Below are positions 1-8,112 of a stretch of DNA of 32,000 bases, piece after piece. The stretch is from Caldivirga maquilingensis IC-167 (GTDB lineage Archaea > Thermoproteota > Thermoprotei > Thermoproteales > Thermocladiaceae), in assembly GCF_000018305.1 (NCBI RefSeq), contig NC_009954.1:570001-602000 (forward strand). The letters are read 5' to 3'. Within the stretch, counting starts at the first letter, position 1. Every line of letters starts with the position of its first letter. The notes below the pieces were generated by a model that did no database searches, was not told where the DNA came from, and worked only from the letters and a program-made list of their open reading frames with translations. The position numbers were made by a program, and so were the translations under genes.

Positions 1-1
1 T

Positions 2-457
2 GAGGCTCAATTAGACAGATTCATGACTAGGATTTACTTAACTTACCCAAGCTTTGATGAGGAGGTTCAAATAAGCATAAACACTAACCTAGGTAGGGTT
101 GAGTTAGTTAGGCAAGTTATCTCAATTGAGGAGTTAAATAAATTGATTGACCAGGTTGATGGAGTTAAGTTAACGCGCCCAGTGGCTAATTATATAGTTA
201 ACGTGGTTAGGGCAACAAGGGAGTATAAGGGTGTTAGGCTTGGGGCCAGTACTAGGGCTATTCAAATGCTTAGTAGGTTAGCTAGGGCCTGGGCATTGAT
301 TCATGAGAGGAATTACGTAGTCCCAGAGGATGTAATTAAAGTTGCACCATACGTGCTAGCCCACAGGATCTTCTCCTCATCAGTTGATCCGGAGAAGGTT
401 ATTGAGGATGTTTTAAAGGGTGTTGAAACCCCTGAGGCTAGTTTAATAAGGAGGTAA
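2..457 (+). CDS. MoxR-family AAA+ ATPase, C-terminal part (5' end lies outside the window)
   Basis: The frame is open from the window edge (EAQLDRF then MTRIYLTYPS...). The sequence matches the MoxR/AAA_3 C-terminal lid region (LDRF, GASTRA, VVPEDV...APYVLAHRI). A DUF58 gene follows directly, as in MoxR operons. Confidence 0.8.
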   Translation, partial: EAQLDRFMTRIYLTYPSFDEEVQISINTNLGRVELVRQVISIEELNKLIDQVDGVKLTRPVANYIVNVVRATREYKGVRLGASTRAIQMLSRLARAWALIHERNYVVPEDVIKVAPYVLAHRIFSSSVDPEKVIEDVLKGVETPEASLIRR

Positions 458-472
458 GGTAGGTAAGTAACC

Positions 473-1543
473 GTGGTAAGTGCAGCAAGTAGGGTGAAGG
501 CAGTATTAAGGACATTAACCAGGCGACAGGTAATTGACCAGATTAGGGCTGTGGCTCAACCGCTGATAATGGTTGTTGTGTCCTACATCGGCTTCATTAA
601 TGGTTCACCTCAATTAACCATAGTAGCCTCCCTAGCCCTACTCTTCTACACATCCTACGCGCTCTCATGGTATGTGTCGCGTACAGTGGAGTTAAGGAGC
701 ATTAAGGTTGAGTTACCATCCCATGCAATACATAGGGGTGAGGGTATTAGGGTTAAGGCGCCTATTGGGGTTGAGGTTAAGCCTATTGTATCAAGGCACG
801 TGGTCGTTAAGGGTGATGAATTAATCTTTAAGTGGAGTGGTGTCGCTAGGCTGCTTGGCTTCCTATTAACCGCTTACGACTCCCTAACTGGGTTAACATT
901 ATCTAGGTTTCAGCAATTGAAATCAACAGTAATGGTTCTACCAGGGCCGTTGGAGGGGGCTGGGATTGGGGCCTCAAGGCTTCTTGAAACTGGGGCTGAG
1001 GAGTATAGGGGTCTTGTTGAGTATGATTACTCTAAGCCAGCCTCAAGGATTCACTGGCCATCCTCAGCTAAGGTTGATTCACTCATAGCTAAGGATTACA
1101 GTGAGGAGGCGGCTAGGTTAACCGTATCCATACCCGCCTTACCTGAATTATTAACTGGAGGTGATGTTAGGCCTATTGATAGGGTTCTCATGGTTCTTGA
1201 GGAATTGGCTAGGCAACATGGGTTAATTAGGGTTCTTTTAATTGGACCAGGTATATCGGAGAGTATTAACGTGAGCGTTAATGAAGTACCCATTATTGAG
1301 GGCTTACTTGTTGACGCCTACTCATGGGCTAGGGATGAGAATGAGGTTAGGCGGCTAAGTAGGTTAATTAATGCGCCAAGTGAGGAGGCTGCCTGGGTCG
1401 TGTACCCTAACCCTAAACCTAATGAGGAGGGGTGGGATTACTTCATAGTTAATGCCACAGGTCACTTAGCGATAATACCCGGTGAAGAGGCTAAATACGC
1501 TGTTCAATTAAGGAGGAGAGGTATTGAGACCCTGGTGGTTTAA
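473..1543 (+). CDS. DUF58-family protein (MoxR partner)
   Basis: GTG start 15 nt after the moxR stop. N-terminal hydrophobic segment. DUF58-like core EYRGLVEYDYSKPASRIHWPSSAK. Typical position downstream of MoxR. Confidence 0.65.
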   Translation: MVSAASRVKAVLRTLTRRQVIDQIRAVAQPLIMVVVSYIGFINGSPQLTIVASLALLFYTSYALSWYVSRTVELRSIKVELPSHAIHRGEGIRVKAPIGVEVKPIVSRHVVVKGDELIFKWSGVARLLGFLLTAYDSLTGLTLSRFQQLKSTVMVLPGPLEGAGIGASRLLETGAEEYRGLVEYDYSKPASRIHWPSSAKVDSLIAKDYSEEAARLTVSIPALPELLTGGDVRPIDRVLMVLEELARQHGLIRVLLIGPGISESINVSVNEVPIIEGLLVDAYSWARDENEVRRLSRLINAPSEEAAWVVYPNPKPNEEGWDYFIVNATGHLAIIPGEEAKYAVQLRRRGIETLVV

Positions 1544-1544
1544 C

Positions 1545-2042
1545 ATGGATTATTGTAGACTTACGTTAATTTTAATGATTATTACCGGTATGGCCTTAAT
1601 AATAACCACCGGTTACCTACCGTTAATACCATTAGCGGCATTACTACCGCTCCTACTCCTTATTAAGCCCAAGTACTGTGAATACACCACGCTTAGCCTA
1701 GCTGCATTACTACCCCTTGCCCTACTTCCCTCACAGGGCCCACTGCCCTTAAGCCTAGGCTTAATCGAGGAGTTACTCTACGCTTCACTGCTTATTACTA
1801 GGTTAACTAGGGCTGGTGAATTAACCATGATACTTAACATGGTCTTATCCATAGCCTTATTCACACTATACTACTTTACTGATGCCTGGAAACCGCTTGT
1901 GGATTACGTTGTTAGCCTAATACCCTTAACCAGTGGTCAAATTATAGGCATATCATTGCTAAACTCAATGATGTTAACCGTTGTGAGCATAATCATAATT
2001 GATTACGCATTATTAAGGGTGTGGCTTAAACGTACTATATAA
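1545..2042 (+). CDS. polytopic membrane protein, unknown function
   Basis: ATG at 1545, 1 nt after the DUF58 stop; the track start at 1524 is a TTG. The protein is highly hydrophobic (L/I/P-rich helices). It is the third gene of the MoxR-DUF58 unit. Confidence 0.5.
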   Translation: MDYCRLTLILMIITGMALIITTGYLPLIPLAALLPLLLLIKPKYCEYTTLSLAALLPLALLPSQGPLPLSLGLIEELLYASLLITRLTRAGELTMILNMVLSIALFTLYYFTDAWKPLVDYVVSLIPLTSGQIIGISLLNSMMLTVVSIIIIDYALLRVWLKRTI

Positions 2043-2074
2043 TGCTTAATCATTCACTAGCACATTACCTCCGC

Positions 2075-2656
2075 CTAACCGTAGTAACCAATCCATAGGG
2101 CTGTGGCCAATACATGATTCTTAATCATACTTACTAATTGAGCGTAAGTGTATTTACCATCCTTAACATTAATCGTTGAGTTTAATGCGTAAACTATTAT
2201 AATGTACATGTGCCTGCTGGGTGGGCAAGGTCCATTGAAGCCCACGTTACCGAAGTCATTAATCAACTGTTCACCGAAACTAGTGTTAAATGAGTGAGGT
2301 AGGTTAGGGGGTATTAATGATACTGGTGGCGCGTTTACTAGGGCCCAGTGTATGAACATGTTGGCGTCGACATCAATCATAACAACCATGAGTGACCTAG
2401 TGCCTGAGGGAATGTTACTTATGATTAAAGGGGGTGATGATGTGAAGTTAACCCCGTTGCAGGCGTATGAACTGGGTATTGTTGATTCATTACCGTAGAT
2501 AGGTACCTTAATGCTGAAGCCCCCTAAGCCTAGATTAGGCTCATATACAGTAACCCCACCACCAGAGCCCCCGCTAAGGGTCATTATTACTACTAACGCC
2601 ACCATTATTATCACCAGTATTACCGTAGTTATTATATACGAGGGCTTTATCCTCAT
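2075..2656 (-). CDS. PEBP / YbhB-YbcL family protein with N-terminal membrane anchor
   Basis: Motifs NGVNFTSSPPL, VVMIDVDA...FIHWALVN and GPCPPSRHMYIIIVYAL match the PEBP fold signature. The N-terminal segment IITTVILVIIMVALVVIM is a TM helix. Confidence 0.75.
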   Translation of the reverse strand: MRIKPSYIITTVILVIIMVALVVIMTLSGGSGGGVTVYEPNLGLGGFSIKVPIYGNESTIPSSYACNGVNFTSSPPLIISNIPSGTRSLMVVMIDVDANMFIHWALVNAPPVSLIPPNLPHSFNTSFGEQLINDFGNVGFNGPCPPSRHMYIIIVYALNSTINVKDGKYTYAQLVSMIKNHVLATALWIGYYG

Positions 2657-2733
2657 CCTAATCTTTAACCCGGTGCTGTTTTTAATACCTTATCCTAGAA
2701 CGATTTATTAATCCCCACAGTAATCAGTAATGC

Positions 2734-3864
2734 GTGAAGGAGGCTGAGCTACAGCGCAACTTAAGTGGAGGAGTAGTAATGTGTACTGCATGTGCTAGGC
2801 GGTGTAGGCTTAATGATGGACAAGTAGGATTCTGTGGAGTTAGGGCTAACTTCGGTGGTAGATTATTCCTTGTTGTTTACGGTAAATTATCAGCCATAGC
2901 TGTTGATCCAATTGAGAAGAAGCCCCTCTTCCACTTTAACCCAGGCTCAAGCGTCTTATCAATGTCCACCTACGGCTGCTCCTGGGCCTGTCAATTCTGC
3001 CAAAACTTCGATATTAGTCAAAGACGCCTATGGGAGGGTTTCGAGGTGACGCCTGAGCTTATTATTGAATTAGCTGAGAGTTACGGGGTACAGGGCTTAA
3101 CCTATACTTACAATGAACCCTCAGTCTTCGCCGAGTTCGCGCATGACGTTGGCTTATTAGCTAAGAAGAAGGGATTATTCAACACATTCGTCACCAACGG
3201 TTACTTAACTGATGAGACTGTGGACTACTTATCAAAGTTCCTTGACGCAGCCACGGTTGACATTAAGGGTAATGCGAATAAGGAGTTCCTGAGGAAGTAC
3301 TCAATGGTTCCTGACCCTGAGCCAATATTCCAATCGATCAAGGAGATGAGGGATAAGGGGATTCACGTGGAGATAACTGACTTAGTTGTCCCAGAGATTG
3401 GGGATAGGCTGGAGGACGCTGAGGTAATGCTTAAGAGAATCATGGATTACCTAGGACCCGACGTATCAATACACTTCCTCAGATTCCACCCAGACTACAA
3501 GCTCAGTAACCTACCTCCAACACCTGTTAAGACTCTTGAGAAGCATGCTGAGTTAGCGAGGAGGATGGGGTTCAGGTACGTTTACCTAGGTAATGTCCCC
3601 GGGCATAAGCTTGAGAACACCTACTGCCCTAACTGCGGTAACGTGGTTATCAGGAGGTATGGATTCCAGATACTTGAGGTTAACTTAACTGAGGATAATA
3701 GGTGCAGGTTCTGTGGGGCTAAGATCAACATTGATGGTAAAGTTTGGCCAACGTGGAGGGAGGATAGATTCGCCTACGTCCCAATCCACTTATTCACAAA
3801 GTACACTAAGGTTACTAAATCAGACGTGGAGGCTATTAGAGGTAGGTTAAGGCAGGGTGAGTAG
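2734..3864 (+). CDS. AmmeMemoRadiSam-system radical SAM enzyme (PFL-activase-like)
   Basis: N-terminal Cys cluster CTACARRC...[20 protein letters not shown], and the CX3CX2C motif [17 protein letters not shown]-terminal zinc ribbon CPNCG...CRFCG. Start is GTG 2734; ATG 2779 is an alternative. Confidence 0.85.
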   Translation: MKEAELQRNLSGGVVMCTACARRCRLNDGQVGFCGVRANFGGRLFLVVYGKLSAIAVDPIEKKPLFHFNPGSSVLSMSTYGCSWACQFCQNFDISQRRLWEGFEVTPELIIELAESYGVQGLTYTYNEPSVFAEFAHDVGLLAKKKGLFNTFVTNGYLTDETVDYLSKFLDAATVDIKGNANKEFLRKYSMVPDPEPIFQSIKEMRDKGIHVEITDLVVPEIGDRLEDAEVMLKRIMDYLGPDVSIHFLRFHPDYKLSNLPPTPVKTLEKHAELARRMGFRYVYLGNVPGHKLENTYCPNCGNVVIRRYGFQILEVNLTEDNRCRFCGAKINIDGKVWPTWREDRFAYVPIHLFTKYTKVTKSDVEAIRGRLRQGE

Positions 3865-3871
3865 CTTACCG

Positions 3872-4093
3872 CTACTGCCTAAGCTTAATGTAGTACCTGT
3901 ACTTCCTATCAGTGCTAACGGTCACTAGGCCATTTAACTCAAGCCTCATAAGCACCTTAAGTACCTCACCCTCATCCACATTATCGTAACCGAACGCCTT
4001 TAAAGCCTGCATCAGGTCCTTAATTGATGACTCCTTCTTCATCTTAAGGTACTGGTATATAACGTAGTGAAGCGGGAATGATGGCTTACTCAT
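3872..4093 (-). CDS. small hypothetical protein, possible winged-helix fold
   Basis: 73-aa ORF 42 nt downstream of cdc48 on the same strand. The helix-turn-helix-like pattern SIKDLMQALK...VLKVLMRLELNGLVTV is the only support; no family was recognised. Confidence 0.4.
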   Translation of the reverse strand: MSKPSFPLHYVIYQYLKMKKESSIKDLMQALKAFGYDNVDEGEVLKVLMRLELNGLVTVSTDRKYRYYIKLRQ

Positions 4094-4135
4094 TCATGCT
4101 AGTGGAAAATAAGGCCTTATTAAAGGTTTTGCAGA

Positions 4136-6343
4136 TTAAATGAATATTTCAGCCTTCCTCTGCTCCCTAGCCCTAACTTGACTAGTCTTAAACCTATCCC
4201 ACCATGACTCATAGAACTTAATCATCTCAGGGGTTAAAGTAGCCCTAATCTTATTCATTGCCTTGGAGAAGTCCTCCATGGTAACCTCGGTTGCATTAGG
4301 GTTCTCTCTAAGAGCCGTTAACGCCGCCTCCCTAACCAGTAGTTCAATGTCGGCTCCAGTGTAGTACTCAAGTAAGTCAGCTAACCTCCATAGGTCAACA
4401 TCCTTAGCTAAGGGCACATTCCTAGTATGCACCTTAAGTATCTCAAACCTACTGGGCTTATCCGGTGGTGGTACGTATATTATTCTGTCGAATCTTCCTG
4501 GTCTTAGTAATGCTGGGTCAAGCATATCAGGCCTATTGGTGGCGCCTATAACAACAACATTCTCCAACGCCGCTATTCCATCCATCTCAGCCAATAATTG
4601 AGCCACAATCCTATCCATCGCAGATGTATCCAACGTATATCCTCTTGCTGGTGCTATTGCGTCTATTTCGTCGAAGAATACTACGCATGGTGCTGCCATT
4701 CTGGCTTTCTTGAATATTTCCCTAATAGCCTTCTCACTCTCACCAAACCACTTACTCAGTATTTCAGGGCCGCGGACGGCTATGAAGTTTGCACCACTCT
4801 CATTGGCAACAGCCTTAGCCAAGAGAGTCTTACCAGTACCAGGAGGACCAAACAACAAAATACCCTTAGGCGGCCTAATGCCCATTATCTTAAACCTATT
4901 CGGGTACTTGAGAGGCCACTCAACAGCCTCCCTAAGCTCCTGCTTAGCCTCCTCTAATCCGCCAACATCACTCCAGCGAACCTTAGGAACCTCAATGTAA
5001 ATCTCCCTCAGGGCACTTGGTATTATCTCACGCATAGCATCCATGAAGTCCTGCATAGTAACCTTTATTCTACTCAGGTTCTCATCAGTGAAGGTGTTAG
5101 GGTCATCTGGGTTAATTATGCCTTGTTGAAGAGCTCTACGTAAAGCCTTCATTGCGGCCTCCCTGGCTAATGCAGCTATGTCGGCTCCAGTGTAGCCGTA
5201 CGTTATCTCAGCGAGCTTCCTTAAGTCGACATCCTTCTCAAGGGGCATATTCCTAGTGTGGACGAGCAGTATCTCATACCTACCCCTAGTGTCAGGTGGG
5301 TTAATCCAAATCTCTCTGTCGAATCTTCCTGGTCTTCTTAATGCTGGGTCCACTGCATCCGGCCTATTCGTTGCTCCTATAACAACTACTTGACCCCTCT
5401 CCTGTAAACCATCCATTAGTGTTAGTAATTGGGCCACTATGCGCTTCTCCACCTCACCGGTTACTTCCTCGCGTTTTGGTGCTATGCTGTCTATTTCATC
5501 AATGAATATTATTGCTGGTGCATTACGCTTAGCCTCATCGAAAATCTCCCTCAACCTAGCCTCAGACTCACCGTAATACTTACTAACAATCTCAGGACCA
5601 TTAATGGAGACGAAGTACGCATCAGCCTCATTAGCAACAGCCTTAGCCAAGAGAGTCTTACCAGTACCAGGAGGACCAATTAGTAAAACACCCTTAGGGG
5701 GCTCAATACCAAGATGCCTAAACAACTCAGGATGCTTAAGAGGCAACTCCACAAGCTCACGAATCTTCTGCTTAGCCTCCTCCAAATCACCAATATCCTC
5801 CCAAGTAACACGAGGTATCCTAATATTCTCCACAGGCTTCTCAAGCACCTTAACCTGGGTCTCATCATCAACAATAACCGGTGTATTACTTGGCTTAACT
5901 TGAATAGCCTGGAATATTAGGGACTGCCCAAGCACCAGTATTTGTATTAAATCACCCTCCATTAGCACGTAGTCTTTAAGCCTCTGCTTAACGTAATTCT
6001 CGAAGTTCTGCTCAATTGATAACGTCATTGAGACTGGGGCTAGTTTAACCAATTGAGCCTGCTTAGCTTCAGTTACCTTAACCTTAACAGTATCATTAAC
6101 GCTAACGTCGGCGTTCTTCCTAATGATTGAATTCATCCTAATAACCCCTCTACCATCATCCTCAGGTAAACCATACATTACCTTAGCTGCCGTTAGCCTC
6201 TTACCCTTAATGTAAACCACGGTACCTGGCTCAATACCGTAATCCCTCATAATAGTTGGGTCAATGCGAACAATGGGTCTACCAGCATCCCTCTGCTTAG
6301 CCTCAGCCACCCGAAGCTCAATCCAACCCTCCTCACCGGACAT
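4136..6343 (-). CDS. cdc48: CDC48/VCP-type AAA+ ATPase (two ATPase domains)
   Basis: Two Walker A motifs [17 protein letters not shown], two Walker B motifs ([16 protein letters not shown]), an N-terminal CDC48 double-psi barrel region, and the second-region-of-homology motif PGRFDR twice. Confidence 0.95.
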   Translation of the reverse strand: MSGEEGWIELRVAEAKQRDAGRPIVRIDPTIMRDYGIEPGTVVYIKGKRLTAAKVMYGLPEDDGRGVIRMNSIIRKNADVSVNDTVKVKVTEAKQAQLVKLAPVSMTLSIEQNFENYVKQRLKDYVLMEGDLIQILVLGQSLIFQAIQVKPSNTPVIVDDETQVKVLEKPVENIRIPRVTWEDIGDLEEAKQKIRELVELPLKHPELFRHLGIEPPKGVLLIGPPGTGKTLLAKAVANEADAYFVSINGPEIVSKYYGESEARLREIFDEAKRNAPAIIFIDEIDSIAPKREEVTGEVEKRIVAQLLTLMDGLQERGQVVVIGATNRPDAVDPALRRPGRFDREIWINPPDTRGRYEILLVHTRNMPLEKDVDLRKLAEITYGYTGADIAALAREAAMKALRRALQQGIINPDDPNTFTDENLSRIKVTMQDFMDAMREIIPSALREIYIEVPKVRWSDVGGLEEAKQELREAVEWPLKYPNRFKIMGIRPPKGILLFGPPGTGKTLLAKAVANESGANFIAVRGPEILSKWFGESEKAIREIFKKARMAAPCVVFFDEIDAIAPARGYTLDTSAMDRIVAQLLAEMDGIAALENVVVIGATNRPDMLDPALLRPGRFDRIIYVPPPDKPSRFEILKVHTRNVPLAKDVDLWRLADLLEYYTGADIELLVREAALTALRENPNATEVTMEDFSKAMNKIRATLTPEMIKFYESWWDRFKTSQVRAREQRKAEIFI

Positions 6344-6364
6344 AGGTGAGAATTAAACTATGGG

Positions 6365-6373
6365 TTTATAAAA
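6365..6373 (-). promoter_or_regulatory. TATA-like box for cdc48 (leaderless arrangement)
   Basis: tttataaaa is centred about 26 nt upstream of the cdc48 ATG (6343). Confidence 0.4.
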
Positions 6374-6442
6374 CTTTTAATGCCCCGCAACCTTAGGCAT
6401 GAGGCTGCAAAGGCTAATCCAAGGCTAGGGCTGGTTGTGTTT

Positions 6443-6718
6443 TTAGAAGCTAACCCTGGTGAAGTACTCGAGCTCAATGCCTCCAATGTCCTCTATCTGG
6501 GATAGTATGTTCTCAATCTCATCACTAGTGTACTCATCGGACTCAGGCGTAACTATGTGTATTTTCAAGGCCTTAATACCGAAACCAATCTCCTCCTCCT
6601 CAATACCCTTAACAGGGTACTTCGGCTCAAGCTTACCCTTAATAACCTGCTTAAGCTTCTCGTAGTCAACATCCTCCCTACTTGGGGTAACCCTGTACAC
6701 GTAGTATATTTGAGCCAT
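6443..6718 (-). CDS. ef1b: translation elongation factor aEF-1 beta
   Basis: 91 aa. MAQIYYVYRVTP...IGFGIKALKIHIVTPE...IEDIGGIE is typical of aEF-1beta in length and motifs. Confidence 0.9.
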   Translation of the reverse strand: MAQIYYVYRVTPSREDVDYEKLKQVIKGKLEPKYPVKGIEEEEIGFGIKALKIHIVTPESDEYTSDEIENILSQIEDIGGIELEYFTRVSF

Positions 6719-6791
6719 TTAATTCACCATGTCCCCTAAAATACGCATTATATAAAATTTACTGTACCAGTTAATTAAAACAGGAGCCACA

Positions 6792-7660
6792 TTTCAGCCT
6801 ATTTACAGCTGAAAGCCTCGCCTTTTCAAGGTGGGGATACAAGGGGAAAACAGTTCTACGCTACGTGCCTAAGGTGCCTCAGGAAGGTAAGCATAAGGAA
6901 GTATAGGGGTGAGTGAGGGTTCCAAAGCCTGTGAAAGTAGAGCCTATAGGTTGTTCTAGCCGTGGACATTAACGAGAGGTATATCTACTTTGGCAACTCA
7001 GCATTGTTAAAAGAGTTGAAACAACTGTGGATAGAGCCATGCACTACAGGTTACTTGCCGAGAAGCTCATGAAGAAGTACTCTCATGGAAAGTACAGACC
7101 ATGGATGCGCAGGAAGAGAATACATGAGCGTATAAGGTACTTCCACAGAAAGGCTAGAAACATTGCCGAGTACTGGGCGAAGAAGACGGCTCTAAAGATA
7201 GATCTCGAAGCTAAGCGAAACAGCTTAGCTGTAGCCAGAGAGGACTTGAAAGGGTTAGTGGAAGCTCTAAGAGAGCTACCAAAGACACACAGAGTAAGAA
7301 TGATAGTGCTCTCCTATAGAAGACTCATCTACTGGATTGACTGGCAGGCAGAAAAGCATGGTGTAAAAGTAGTTGCTGTAGAGCCTAAGGGAACATCGAC
7401 AACGTGCCCTAGGTGCGGAAACAGGCTTGTTGCAAACGGCTATAAGGCATTAAAGTATTCTACATGCGGATTCGAAGACAATAGAGATGTAATAGCCTTG
7501 CTGAATATTTAGAAGAGAATTCTAGTCAAAATGGGAGGAGCTTCTGACCCCCCTCGACTGCCCCACGGATGAAAGATATAGCCCGAATAGATGCGGGGAA
7601 CCAATGAACCACCCTAAAGGAACCCTCACCCTTTAGGGCGGGGAGGAGGTCAGTTCATTA
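6792..7660 (+). mobile_element. decayed IS200/IS605-family (IS1341-like, tnpB-only) element relic
   Basis: It contains a frameshifted and 5'-deleted tnpB. Subterminal hairpins lie at 6792-6814 (tttcagc/gctgaaa) and 7612-7638 (ccctaaagg/cctttaggg). No tnpA is present. Confidence 0.7.
6919..7512 (+). pseudogene. tnpB: tnpB (OrfB, RuvC-like nuclease) pseudogene
   Basis: The RuvC-I motif VLAVDINE (6956-6976) is in frame 2. The preceding VPKPVKVEPIG and the following ORF 7027-7512 are in frame 1; that ORF carries RuvC-II AREDLKGL, zinc finger TSTTCPRCG...STCGF and RuvC-III NRDVIALLNI. About 190 aa of the expected N-terminus are missing and one zinc-finger Cys is lost. The C-terminal tail continues past the stop in another frame (PNRCGEPMNHPKGTLTL*GGEEVS, up to 7654). 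Confidence 0.75.
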
Positions 7661-7819
7661 ATCCACGGCATTAAAAATGCGTAAAGAAGTAATAATAGCA
7701 CTGGGTAAGTCTGGTTTTTAATTTCATGGGGAACCCATAATTAAGCCTCCTTTGATTCTAACCAGGATCCACTTAATTTAATATTGAGGTTAAGCGGGAA
7801 GTAATATTTAGACACTTAA

Positions 7820-8035
7820 TTAGGGGCCCTCAAAGCCGCAGACCGGGCACTTGTAGGTATTTCCCTCCCTCCTACAGCGTTCGCACCTCCAAATCTCATA
7901 TTTACCGCAGTTTGGGCATAGGAAGTGGGTTGCCCTCTTAAATGGCGCAATTGGGCTACCGCATGATGTACAGTAGTAAACCTCTGGTCCATAAAGCTTC
8001 GGCCTCGGCCTAGAGCGTGCACTTACTGCCGCCAT
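7820..8035 (-). CDS. small four-CxxC zinc-ribbon protein (HVO_2753 / COG2888 / DUF1610 type)
   Basis: 71 aa with the pattern CTSCG...FLCPNCG...IWRCERCR...[11 protein letters not shown], which matches this family. The overlapping ORF 7816-8022 has no such signal. Confidence 0.85.
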   Translation of the reverse strand: MAAVSARSRPRPKLYGPEVYYCTSCGSPIAPFKRATHFLCPNCGKYEIWRCERCRREGNTYKCPVCGFEGP

Positions 8036-8112
8036 TACCAGCCACTAATTTAAGTGTTTTTAAGGATTTAGCGGACTTAGGGTTACTTCATTGCGCCTCA
8101 GAATAGTGGAAT

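Noticed and set aside
2511-2711. 66-aa plus-strand ORF upstream of the radical SAM gene
   Set aside because: It is largely antisense to the 5' end of the PEBP gene (mirroring the TM anchor region), with no independent promoter or start context.
4598-5920. Several long plus-strand ORFs (119, 96, 84, 99, 68 aa) and one minus-strand off-frame ORF (64 aa) inside the cdc48 gene
   Set aside because: They lie antisense or out of frame to an unambiguous 735-aa CDC48 ORF. Their products are Ser/Leu/Thr/Pro-rich and low in complexity, with no motifs. This is the typical shadow-ORF pattern of a strongly codon-biased gene.
7816-8022. 68-aa ORF overlapping the zinc-ribbon gene in another frame
   Set aside because: The alternative frame (7820-8035) encodes four perfectly spaced CxxC motifs ending in CGFEGP. 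The 68-aa frame has no features.
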